Assembly (NCBI GenBank): GCA_050084985.1
Contig: JBITNC010000002.1
Span: 14,942,001-15,006,000 of the forward strand
Direction of reading: 5' to 3'
Length of the DNA: 64,000 nt
Source: Nageia nagi
Lineage: Eukaryota; Plantae; Pinophyta
Part shown: one piece after another, positions 1 to 15,874 of the stretch
How positions within the stretch are numbered: position 1 is the first letter of the stretch
Layout of the letters: each line of letters opens with the position of its first letter
Program-made: the position numbers and the translations under genes
The notes under the pieces: generated by a model
The model's input: only the letters and a program-made list of their open reading frames with translations
What the model was told of the DNA's origin: nothing
Database searches by the model: none

Positions 1-790
1 GAGAAAACAATTCATAAGTCACTAGTTTGTAAATCATTTTCTGTTACTGTTTATAATTCATTTTTTTAAATTTCTGTTATGCAATTTATAGATTTTAGTA
101 CTGTTTGTTTGAAGTTTGCGTGAAGTAAAAGTTATTTTAAATAAAGCAATAAAGAACGATAATTCTGAGCATTTTAAGAAAGGAAACGTTGAGTCAAATT
201 GGTATGGACCATTTGCTAAATTACAAAGAAATTGGGATCATGTGTTTGCTGTCTCTCGTCTAGTAAGTCAAACCTTTGAAAGAACTTGCAAATATTATGC
301 AATTATAAGGTTCAATGCATAAAACTCTATATGTCCATGTTGGTTTCTTTGTAGAATATCTTGTGCCCCATCAAGTATTTATCACGTGGTAGTTATTAAT
401 TGGCATCGACCACATCTTTTCTATGTATGGTAAAAAAGTTCATATGGATAGATAATCCACTATGAACTTGTTTTTTTCATATTATTTTTATTATTTGATG
501 TGACGTATACAATTTTTTTGGTTTAATGTAATTATATTTATATGATGTTATCATGTCAATTTTTTAGAAAACTATGAAAGGGTTGCCGGTAGAGGAATGA
601 CAATGATAGAAATAAATTTTTATTTTTTCTTGAACTATGAAATAAAGTATAATGATGGGTGTTCTATTCCCACAGTAATTATCATGAGAGAAAAAAAATT
701 ATTGAAATAAAATCTACTTTATCTCTAACAAACAAGTAATGGATCCTTATCTTTATTTAGTCAAGATGATCCTACTTTGCTGCATATAAA
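1..790 (+). repeat. Diverged paralog of the region downstream of the ADH gene (matches ~16649-17755)
   Basis: Collinear same-orientation blocks: gagaaaacaattcata (1 / 16649), gagcatt(t/g)taagaaaggaaa(c/g)gttgagtcaaa (~166 / ~16769), aaagaaatt(g/a)ggatcatgtgtttg (~225 / ~17068), cctactttg(c/t)tgcatataaa (~771 / ~17736). Confidence 0.85.
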
Positions 791-3269
791 GGAGATCACC
801 ATCCATTTACTAACATTCAAGTAAAACTAGTATAAATAAAAACATGAATAATTTTATTGTAACAATAGAATAGATTACAAAATCTCATGTGCAATCTATT
901 TTTCTTCTTCTTTCCAAGTGAAATAGAAGCAAAATTATATAGGATTCAAGTTTTAACAACATATTAAAATTGTACCCTTATTGGGTATACTCAACAATAA
1001 GTAAATCCACTAAAGTCGTAAGAATATTTATGGTTGCAAAACAAAAAAGCCAACTAAAGATTACTGTTATTTTAAGCAAAATTATCTTTATGATTGTACA
1101 ACTAACAAACCAACCAAATAATCTTTTATTACTCTAAACAAGATTATTTTTTATGGTTGTAACAACTAATAAACCAACCACATGATCTCATTGTTAAATG
1201 AAAATACGAAATAAATAAAAGAATAAGGTTGAGTTGTATGATGTTGGTTTTGTAGTTACTTAAATTTGTACTTAGTTGAATCCATAGTTGGCTATTTGTA
1301 GTTGGCCAAATAAAATTATGAAACTCTTTCCATAGACTTCATAATAGAACTATACAAAATTTCTATGAAATTCATTTTGTGGTCAACAAAACTTCAAATG
1401 CCTTCATATTCTTTATACTTAGTTATCTTGGAAGTTATTTAAGACTGCAAAACCACTTTTTGAGACCTCTAACTACTTCCTTATTCAATAATCACACATC
1501 TATAATCACATAATTTATGATCTTGATGTTGCTTATACTTAATTGAAGAGTCTTTTGATGTTCATAATGATACCAAAAAAAGATATTTTTGGCATTGATC
1601 ATTATCTCCTCCTCAAGATGTTGGCTTTTTCAACATACCTTAAAATGTATCATTATCTCCTCCTTAAGAAGGCCTTTAAGTAGAACTAGTATAACTATAA
1701 TTAAGAGCATAGGTAAACATGTTTTTGGTTAGAACAACACTTGGAATGTGTTCAAAATCTATTGTGCTCTAACTAATAACTAAGCGTTAATCTTTTCTTC
1801 TTCTTCTTTTATTTTTAATAATATTATTATTTTTTATTATATAAAAAAATATTTTCATTTACAATTTTGGATCCCTAGGGCCATTTTGCTATATAATTTG
1901 ACAATATCATAGAGTTGAGAAGGCTTGTTTCTAAGAGAAGAGTAACTATGTTAACTTTCTATGGTAATGGTGGAGAGGGATACATTGATCGCTAAGAGAG
2001 AATATTTGGAGGCAAAGTAAAGAGCTTCTAGCAATGATGTTTGAAGAAATAAGTTTATTATATGAGGAATGAGATCAACTATGGGATGAAGTCAAGACAT
2101 TAAGTGTGATAGTGGTAGGAGCTAATGTACAAAGTTGAGACATCGAGCGAATGATTGGTGAAATCAACAAACTCCATAATGTAATTATGAATATGTGCAA
2201 TGACCTCCAATTATTGCAACAAGAAAGAGATGACTATCAATAAGAGGCAACTTGCCTCTAGGAAATGTTTTACAAGATATCATGTATGTTTGTAGAAAGT
2301 AGTGATTCTACTACTTAATGTACTAAGCCAATTTATTAATGATATAAACAATTATGTTCACATCTGGATTTATGTCCAACATTAATAAATTTATAAATGA
2401 TTTAGTGAATGCATGCTTAATTATGTCATAAATTATTTTTGATTTCATACAAGCAAGTTGTGCTCCTCATTTCCCATTTTTTTGCAACACACTAATGAAA
2501 AATTACTATTTAGAAGTTTTAACAAGCATCGTCATATTGTGCTTGATTTGGTTCTATAATTTTGTTTTAATGATTTATTTTCATTGGGTAGGTGTGAGTG
2601 AATGTGGTGAATTATCCTTATGAGTATTTTTTTTTTGTAATATCTATGTATTGTCCAATGTTTTTCTTTATATGAGAAATAATCATTTTGTAGATAATAA
2701 TTTATATTAATAATTCATTTAATTATCGACAATCTCAATTATTGCACTAGTTGGACTAACATTTTTCAAAATTTATCAAATTCGATCAAATCCAAAATAA
2801 TCAAATCGTTTATCTGATAGCTCAAGCTACATGGTGAACCACTCTCTAAATTTGGTTGCCTAAATGCATGGGAATAATAATGTCGATGTCTTTTCCTTCC
2901 GATACTAACATTTTTTGTTTCTATAAGACATTATCATCAAACAAGAACAATTCAATCATGCACAAAGAGTATATGAAATCCTTGGATAGGTGGTATTCAG
3001 AGATGTCATTTATATGATATATGCTTTCATATGATAAGGATATTATATGGGTCTTAATTATAATGCTATTCCTTTTGATACTTGGATTACTCTTGATATT
3101 TGCATCTTTTAATTGTTTCTTCTAGATACCATGAATATGATTTTATGATAAATAAAAAACTATTTTAGGTGTTTACAATTTTCCTTTCTTTGGTTGTGCA
3201 ATGATGAAAATCATAATTACATATCGAAAGAATTACATTAATAAGAAGCAAGAAAATGAATAATAAGAA

Positions 3270-4738
3270 AATGTATTTTGGATCATAGCATAAATTGTAG
3301 TTGTATTTGATGCTCCTTCCATGTCCCCCATTTTAGCTTGATTTCCCTAGGGATTAAGGCAAAAATTATCATTTGTTGAAGTTGTTGGTCAAAATAAGAT
3401 GATTATCATCTTATCTACTTTATTTACTTGTGATTTACTTTCCTAATTAAACTCATTTTCTATTAATGCTAAAATCTAAGAATTTTGATCTACTTTTATT
3501 TAAAACTCATAACCACCAATGTTTCTCTTGTAGGGAACAAAAAGTCTATGTTTGTGTAACTTCTTTATGTGAGTCTTTTGTGATGTTCCAAAAGAATAAA
3601 AAAAGATTCAATTGGTCATCATGGGATTTCGATGATTGCTAAGTCTTTTGTGATACCCTAAAAGAATCAATGTTGGATATAGATCATCCTTTGCAAAAGA
3701 AGTATTGTACATCGAGTCCCTACCTTGGGGATTCACCTATTTTCACAAGGCATTGATGGGATTTTAAAGGTGTCATCTAAGTGTGAGGATGGTTGATTTA
3801 GGTCATGGTTTTCTAATACCACATTATGGTTTAGGGTTGAGTGTTTTCCTATATATTCATTGTAATGAGCCATTTATGGCATATTGTATTCATTATAAGC
3901 AATAATATAGAAGGGGGAGAAGCTCTTGACATGCTGGAGTAGCCCATATTGGGTGAACCACGGTAAATATCATGTGTTCCAGCTTGTGTTTGTGAGATTG
4001 TTATGTTCTGATTAATTTATTTCTACACTATAATTTTAGAATAGGTTTAGATAAGACTCTTCAATCAAAAGGGAGTCTACTAAACACATTTCTTGAAATC
4101 TTCCAAGAATTTTCATGGGGTTGCCATGATCGTTGGGTATTTTATAATGAGTCGAAAGAATCAAAAGGGAGTTTATTGGTAGTCATGGGATTACCATGTA
4201 TATAGAGTCTTTTGCGATGCCCCAAAAGAATCAAAAGGGACTCTATTGTACGTTATGGGATTTCCATTATCATGGAGTCTTTTGCAACACCCTAAAAGAA
4301 TCAAAAGGGAGTCTACTGATAATCATAAGATTGCCATGATCATTGAGTCTTTTATGATGCCCCAAAATAATGAAAAGGGAGTCTACTAGCCATATTTCCT
4401 AAAATTCTCTAAGAAATGTTTGGTCGTCATGGGGTTGCCATGACTTGGTCTAAATAGGAATACACACTCTGAGTTATTTTGATGCTCTATTTGTTGGAAT
4501 GATTGGTCCAAATAAAATGATTTCCATCGTATCCATTGGATGAACTGAATCTTAGAATCTTTAATTGTTGTTTTTGGAGAATCAAAATCATGCATGTTTT
4601 CTTTTGTGAATAAAATCGCCCACATTTCTAATGGTTGGGTCTTTTGTGATGGTCCAAAAGAATAAAAAAGATAGTTTACATGTTGTCATAGGATTTGCAT
4701 GACCATTAAGTTTTTTGTGATATCCCATAAGAAACAAA
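3270..4738. repeat. Unit 1 of a ~1.45-kb head-to-tail tandem duplication
   Basis: Starts atgtattttggatcatagc...gatgctccttccatg; collinear over its length with 4739-6177. Confidence 0.9.
3671..4063 (+). mobile_element. Solo LTR (Ty1/copia-like), 393 bp, TSD ATCAA
   Basis: TGTTG...CTTCA termini flanked by atcaa at 3666-3670 and 4064-4068; internal cctatatat TATA and a gtagccc...gggtgaaccacggtaaat motif; interrupts a 70-bp repeat unit. Confidence 0.85.
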
Positions 4739-6177
4739 ATGTATTTTGGACCATAGCTTAAATTGTAGCTGTATTTGATGCTCCTTCCATGCCCCCATTT
4801 TGGCTTTGATTGGGCTAGGGATTAAGGTAAAAATTATCATTTGTTGAAGTTATTAGTCAAAATAAGATGATTTTCATCTTATCTACTTTAATTGAACTTG
4901 TTTTCTATTAATGCTAAAATCTAAGAATTTTGATCTACTTTTATTTAAAAATCATAACACCAATGTTTCTCTTATAGGGAACAAAATGTCTATGTTTGTG
5001 TTTCTTGATGTGAGTCTTTTGTGATACCCCAAAAGAATAAAAAAAGGATTCAATTAGTCATCATGGGATTTCTATGACTGCTAAGTCTTTTGTGATACCC
5101 TAAAAGAATCAATGTTGGATATGGCTCATCCTTTGCAAAGGAAGTACTGTACACTAAGCCTCTACCTTGGGGATTCACCTATTTTCATATGGCATTCATG
5201 GGATTTCAAAGATTTCGTCTAAGTGAGGATTGGTGATATAGCCCATGGTTTTCTAATACCACATTGTGCTTTAGGATTAAGGGGTTTCCTATATATTCAT
5301 TGTAATGAGCCATTTGTGGCGTATTGTATTCATTATAAGCAATAATATAAAAGGAGAAGCTCTTGACATGTTGGATTAGCCCATAGTAGGTGAACCAAGG
5401 TAAATCTTGTGTGTTCCTTATGTTTGTGAGATTGTTGTATTCTGATTAATTTATTTCCACACTATAATTTTAGAATAGGGTTAAATAAGACTCTTCAATC
5501 AAAATGGATTCTACTAACTACATTTCTTGAAATCCTCCAAGAATTTTCATAGGGTTTCCATAGTCATTGAGTATTTTATAATGCCTCAAAAGAATCAAAA
5601 GGGAGTTTATTGGTAGTCATGCGATTAACATGACTGCAAATTCTTTTGCAATGCCCCAAAAGAATCAAAAGGGAATCTACTAGTCATCATGGTATTTCCA
5701 TTATTGTTGAGTCTTTTGGGACACCCCAAAAGAATCAAAAGCGAATCTATTGATCATCATCAGATTGTCATGATCATTGAGTCTTTTATGATACCCCAAA
5801 ATAATGAAAAGGGGGTCTATTAGCCATATTTCCTAAAATCCTCTGAGAAAAGTTTGGTCATCATGGGGTTGCCATGAATTGGTTTGAATAGAAATATGCA
5901 CTCTTAGGTGTTTTGATGCTCTATTTGTTGGAATGACTAATCTAAATAAGATGATTTCCATTTTATGCATTGGATGAACTGAATCTAAGAATCTTTAATC
6001 GTTGTTTTTGGAGAATCAAAATCATGCATTTTGTTTAAATTTTGTGAATAAAATCGTCCATATTTCTAATGGTTGGGTCTTTTGTGATGGTCTAAAAGAA
6101 TTAAAAAGATAGTTTACATGTCATCATAGGATTGCTATGATCATTAATTTTTTTGTGATATCCCGAAAGAAACAAAA
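4739..6177. repeat. Unit 2 of the ~1.45-kb tandem duplication
   Basis: Starts atgtattttggaccatagc; ends ...aagaaacaaaa like unit 1; the junction lies in a shared aaaa run. Confidence 0.9.
5113..5497 (+). mobile_element. Solo LTR, duplicate of 3671-4063, TSD ATCAA
   Basis: TGTTG...CTTCA with atcaa at 5108-5112 and 5498-5502; same insertion point as in unit 1. Confidence 0.85.
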
Positions 6178-7014
6178 GGGGGTCTACTGGCCATCATGGT
6201 ATTACCAATACCTTGATCAAATGAGACTATTGGAATTTTATTTGTTACAAAAAATGGATCAAGTAAACTCTAAGGTTTACTTCATTGGATGTATTGAATT
6301 TTATGATATTTTTGAATGATTGTACTAAATTTGAGAATCTATAATTGCTCTAACATCATTAACATGTATACTGGAAGAATAAAATTACATAAGTTTTTAT
6401 TTTCTAACTTTTTGCTTCAAAAATTGAGATATATGTAGTTTGAATTCTGATATTTGTACTCTAATCTACTCTCGATCCCCCCTAGGTGAATTGGATCTAA
6501 TTGAAATCTTGTTACCCCCAAGGCATGTCATTTTGCTATTTGTGAACTTGTAAGTCATACCTTGAGATTTCTTTAAGATATGTAGTTCTGATATTGTCTA
6601 TTCTCTCTTAAATCTTCCTTGATGGTATGAACTATTCTAGAACAACACCGCTAGTGTATTTTCTATAAGAATAAATAACACCAATCTTTCTATTTTTTTA
6701 ATAGTTTATATTCTTACATTTCTATAAGTATTTTCTACTAGTCACCTAGTTTTAAAAAAACACTTATCAATTTGTGCGAAAAAGTTGATTTTCATAAATG
6801 AATTTATTTTACAAAAGGTAGAGATCCAACCAAGATAAGTTTTCATCTTCAACTTAATGTTCATGGTGCCTCTGACGATTTTCACTATTGGATATTTTCT
6901 CTTTTTATTTTTGAAAAAAAAAAGAGATATTTTAGGAAAAAAAAGAGAGATAGAGAGATCAATGTGGTAGGAAATAACTATGATGTTATCTTGCGATTGG
7001 CCTTATTCTTCTTC

Positions 7015-7700
7015 TTAAGAGATAAATTTGGTTAAATTTGGAGCTTCTACCATATTAGCTAATGACTTTTTGCTTTCTTTAACTTCATAGTTTAAGATAA
7101 CTTGCTTAATCAAAACTTTCTCTTTTGCTATCAATTTCTTGCTTATTGTATTAAATCCTTGATCTATATAATCTATGGAATATTCTTTCAAGATTAGTAG
7201 GATAACATCCACAAAAAATGGTATTAACTTCATCTTTATCTAACTTAAATTTGGTTGATTGTCATACCTTTTTTATTCTTGGAATGAATTTGTCCAAATG
7301 CTCACTAGATCCTTGACACAATGCATATAGATCCATCACATTCACCTTGCTCTTTGTATTATGTCTGTATTTCTCATGAAATCTTTGACAACATCATTGA
7401 ATATGGTAATTGATCTACTGTGAAGATTATAGAACCACTCACTTGCATCACTTTTGAGCTTACTTGGAGAAAACTTCACCATCAACTTTTCTTTACTTCC
7501 AAACCTTAGCAAGAACTCTCTAAAATTAATGAGATGTGGTATTAGATCTCCTTCTCCATTAAAGACTCCAAACATTGGGGTCTTGTATTTAGGTGTAATG
7601 GGATAGTTGACAATCACATATGAGACATGACTATTTAAAGAGCCAATAAGATCTTTTTTCTTCTCATCCAATCAAGATTTTAGATCTTTAATATCCTTGA
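7015..7700 (-). mobile_element. Ty3/gypsy (Tat/Ogre-like) gag remnant
   Basis: ORF 7342-7671: PKYKTPMFGVFNGEGDLIPHL...KFSPSKLKSDASEWFYNL..RSITIFNDVVKDF fits the Retrotrans_gag pattern; broken by stops and frameshifts. Confidence 0.75.
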
Positions 7701-8387
7701 CGAGAGATGCAATATTTTGATTATTACTTCCTTGACTTCCTTGTCCATTCAAAGTATTATGAATACTAAGATATGGATGATCAACAATAATCATTACCTA
7801 TTTCATCATATCAGAATTTCTTAATAGTTGTTGAACTATGGCTAGGGAATTCATAACTTGAGCCATGCCAAAATCAAATGCGTCCAATATGGAATAAGAA
7901 AAACCATTTGCACTTTTGTTTCCTTCTCAGATATGTGTAATTTTTTTCCCTAAAGATAATATTCTTTAAAAAGGATGGGTTCAAAAAAAATGTAGATAAT
8001 AAATAATAAATTAAATTAATAATTCACCCAATTATCCATAATCTTAACTATTGCACTAGTTGAAATGATATTTTCAAACTCTATAACTTACTCCTTAAAC
8101 TATTAAAATAAGAGTATATGAAAGGCTTGGGATTTTGTCAAACCTTAACTTTGTTATGTAAGGTTTGAAATTCAATTTGGTTCATTATGTAATTTTTAAA
8201 ACATTTGATGAGCACCACCCTTTTTAGTAAGATGAAAATATCTTTTTGAGGGTAGAAGACTAAGACATGATATAGGTGGTTATCATCATATTTTCTTGTT
8301 GTACATAAGTTAAATGAAAAGTGGAATTTGATCTCTCTAGTTACAAACTGGAGAAGAAACTGGAAACTATTTATACGTACCTTGAGC

Positions 8388-10695
8388 TTAAGTTCATATT
8401 ATTTGGGGCATCATATATGAAGGCTTTCCCTTTGATATTAGGATACAAAATTTTATATTTTCAATTAATTCTTGTCCTTTTTATATATAGGATGAAATGT
8501 TTATATATATAGCCCTTTCTATCCTTAAGGTTTTAATTGGCATCAAGTCTTGCTTAGAGCTTACATTAGCATAGCTTAACCCATTGGTGTTTGATATATC
8601 TTTCCAATGACCATTCTTTTTTAGATCTAAAAACGTCAAAACCATTACTTTGAAGATGGTAGTTGATAGTCATTTTACACCTTTTTGATTAAATTACTAC
8701 TACTAAAAAGGTGCTTCTACATTTATCAATGCAAGCAAGTACAAAGATTGGAAAAGGTGGAGCATTAAACACATAACAAATGAAGATTATGTATATGCTA
8801 AAATAAGATATCATTTTCTTACAAAATTTAGATAAAGAATGCACATATGTAAAAGAAAAGATTACCAAAATGTCGCATGTGAGTCCTTCCGTTAAATGCC
8901 ACTTCAATACTTTAAAAAAATGAATCGACTTTATTATTTAAACAACAAAGTTGGCTTCAAAAATATAATTATAACATTAGAATAGCATTTAAAATAAATA
9001 ATATATATTATTAAATAATATATTACATAAATAAATTAACATTAAAATAAATACCAAGAAATATCAACAAATGAGATAAGTGTGTATGGAATGATATCTC
9101 TCTGAGCTTGTTTTATATATAAAGAGGTATATATAAAAAAAAAATTAAAAAACAATAATAGACTTCAAAAAAATAATTTAAAAACTATATAAATATTATA
9201 TATATATAACACAAAGTGAATACAATAAATTACACCTCGAAAATGATATATTTCAACATTTTTTTATATATAAAGAAATATATCAAAATTAGTTATATAT
9301 AATCTCTATTTTAAAATACTCAATTTTTACATTGAATATATAATTTATTAATTTTTAATATAAAAATAATTATTTTTTTTCCATTTAATTGCTATCAAGA
9401 TATATGATTTTTTAAAGATGTTTATTATCTTTTTAAATATAATTTACAAACATTTTAAAAAATAAAATGTCATAAAGGAAGATTTACATCCTTAAAATAT
9501 TACGACTAAAATTCAAACATAACTTTATCCCTTTATAATTATAAAGATAGAAAGCATCTGAACTCTCTAAACTTTAGAATGCCCAACAACTATGAAATTA
9601 TTATATTTAATAAATGGGGAAGATAAAATTAAGTGCAAAGGCAACTCAATTATTGAATGAAACATGTGACTATGCATACCTTTCCCTTTCGCTTTGCATT
9701 TCATCATTTTTCTCATACTCTAAACGCAATTTTCAGAAAGGTGCAGAATTATACTTTCTAAAGCAAAAACTCTTCTGAAAGATGCTGAAATTCTGAAGGT
9801 ACATTTCTAGATCTGTAGGTATTGCAGGAGAGAAATATGAGTTACTAAAATTGGTTTCATGCCATTCTATTATTGCCAAGAAGATTAACTCTGTTGCAGG
9901 AGGAGGAGAAGGAAAGGTGATCACTTGCAGAGGTAAGCATTCAGCTGTTGTTATATATGTTGGAGTTCGATATCATGCTAAAAACATTTGTATTGTGATA
10001 AAGCAGCTGCAGTAGCATGGGAGGCGGGGCAGCCCCTATCCCTGGAGCACATTCAAGTGGCTCCTCCCCACCCCAAAGAAGTTCGAATCAAAATCACTCA
10101 TACTTCTCTCTCTGTCACACAGATATCTTTTTCTGGAAAGGAAAGGTATGTATCCATCTTCATATATGGTCTATATAGAGGCTAGAAATAAAAGAACTTT
10201 AGCTCAGTCATAAATGTCCCTGCTTATACTCTAAAGCTCCTTTGTATTATAGACATAGGAATAGACTACAAAAATGCAGTCACTCTATAGACATAGTTTT
10301 TCTATTTTCTGCATAGAGAAGAAAAAAGGCAATATTAAAAATTCAGTGTCTTAATCTGGTAGCCTGGATGGTTATACCTTATGTCAATTACTAGACCATA
10401 TCTCAGCCATTATTTCCTTAAGCTATCACCTTCATGGACCTTAGTTTTTGTTGGCCAATATTGCATTGCCATGATACAACATCAACAGGACAGAGTTGGG
10501 TATATGTGCAGTCCACAAATGCATATAAAGATTTTGTGATGAAGTTTTCTTAACATGCTATGGTTATGCTTCTTCATTCCAGATAATGACTTGGGCAACC
10601 GGGAAAAATGATCATTGTTGAGTGCATTTCAGTTTTAAGGATAGATTAGTATTCACAATCTGATTCATGCATACAGATCTTTAATTAAATACCAT
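8388..10695 (+). repeat. Unit 1 of a ~2.3-2.5-kb tandem duplication (ADH upstream region, exons 1-2, part of intron 2)
   Basis: Begins ttaagttca.attatttggggcatc and ends taaatacca; collinear with 10696-13189 but lacks ~100 bp (11173-11274) and has shorter (TA)n tracts. Confidence 0.95.
9782..10145 (+). pseudogene. Truncated ADH-like pseudogene (exon 1 9782-9932, exon 2 10007-10145)
   Basis: Codon 5 is TGA (TGC in the intact copy); exon 2 is 139 instead of 137 nt (extra TC in a TC run, frameshift just before the catalytic Cys); no exons 3-10 of its own. Confidence 0.9.
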
Positions 10696-11614
10696 TTAAG
10701 TTCACATTATTTGGGGCATCATATATGAAGGCTTTCCCTTTGATATTAGGATACAAAATTTTATATTTTCAATTAATTATTGTCCTTTTTTATATATAGG
10801 ACGAAATATATATATATATCTATTTCAATCTTTAAGGTTTTAATTAGCATCAAGTCTTGCTTAGAGCTTATATTAGCATACTTTAACCCATTGGTGTTTG
10901 ATATATCTTTCTAATGATCATTCTTTTTTAGATTTAAAAACATCAAAACCATTACTTTGAAGATGGTAGTTGATAGTTATTTTACACTTTTTTTAATAAA
11001 ATTACTACTACTAAAAAGGTGCTTCTACATTTATCAATGCAAGCAAGTACAAAGATTGGAAAAGGTGGAGCATTAAACAAATAACAAATGAAGATTATGT
11101 ATATGCTAAAATAAGATATCATTTTCTTACAAAATTTAGATAAAGAATGCGCATATGTAAAAGAAAAGATTATTTTCTTGTAGCTTTTCAATAATACTAT
11201 TATTAATTTTGTTTTGTACTCTTGTTAATGCTGAGAGGCTTTCTCTATCTATAGCACGAGGGTGGAGTGGAAAGCCAAAATGTCGCATGTGAGTCCTTCT
11301 GTTAAACGTCGACTTCAATACTTCAAAAAAAATGAATCGATTTTATTATTTAAACAACAAAGTTGGCTTCAAAAATATAATTATAATATTAGAATAGCAT
11401 ATAAAATAAATAATATATAATATTAAATAATATATTACATAAATAAATTAACATTAAAATAAATACCAAGAAATATCAACAAATGAGATAAGTGTGTATG
11501 GAATAATATCTCTCCGTGTTTGTTTTATATATAAAGAGGTATATATATAAAAAAAATTGAAAAACAATAATGAACTTAAAAAATATAATTCAAAAACTAT
11601 ATAAATATTATATT

Positions 11615-11618
<4 letters not shown>

Positions 11619-11666
<48 letters not shown>
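11619..11666. repeat. (TA)n microsatellite
   Basis: Uninterrupted TA run; much shorter in unit 1 (~9197). Confidence 0.95.
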
Positions 11667-11668
<2 letters not shown>

Positions 11669-11749
11669 CACAAAGTAAATACAATAAATTACACCTCAAA
11701 ATGATATATTTCAAAATTTTTTTATATATAAAGAAGTATATCAAAATTA

Positions 11750-11750
<1 letters not shown>

Positions 11751-11792
<42 letters not shown>
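11751..11792. repeat. (TA)n microsatellite
   Basis: Uninterrupted TA run; much shorter in unit 1 (~9294). Confidence 0.95.
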
Positions 11793-11794
<2 letters not shown>

Positions 11795-12281
11795 CTCTAT
11801 TTTAAAATACTCAATCTTTATATTGAATATATAATTTATTAATTTTTAATATAAAAATAATTATTTTTTTTCCATTTAATTGCTATCAAGATATATGATT
11901 TTTTTAAGATGTTTATTGTCTTTTTAAATATAATTTACAAACATTTTAAAAAATAAAATGTCATAAAAGAAGATTTACATCCTTAAAATAAAATATTATG
12001 ACTAAATTTCAAACATAACTTTATCCCCTTTATAATTTTACAAGATAGAAAGCATCTGACCTCTCTAAACTTTAGAATGCCCAACAACTATGAAATTATT
12101 ATATTTAATAAATGGGGAAGGTAACATTAAATGCAAAGGCAACTCAATTATTGAATGGAACATGTGACTCTGCATACCTTCCCCTTTCGCTTTGCATTTC
12201 ATCATTTTTCTCATACTCTCTAAACGCAATTTTCAGAAAGGTGCAGAATTATACTTTCTAAAGCAAAAACTATTCTGAAAG

Positions 12282-15874
<3,593 letters not shown>

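Larger units (their letters stand above)
3570..6210. repeat. Degenerate ~70-bp tandem repeat with two internal inverted repeats, in several sub-arrays
   Basis: Units of the form gagtcttttg-N~8-caaaagaatcaaaagggagtctact...tcatgg-N5-ccatga start at ~4137, 4205, 4275, 4345 and at equivalent positions in unit 2. Confidence 0.85.

Noticed and set aside
4137-4445. CRISPR-like appearance of the palindromic repeat array
   Set aside because: Units are contiguous and homologous throughout with no unique spacers, there are no cas genes, and the context is eukaryotic.
3671-5497. Intact TRIM/LTR element
   Set aside because: Each LTR has its own TSD pair, there is no PBS or PPT, and homology extends beyond the LTRs; explained by tandem duplication.
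11454-11744. 96-aa IY-repeat ORF
   Set aside because: Translation of the (TA)n tract and AT-rich DNA.
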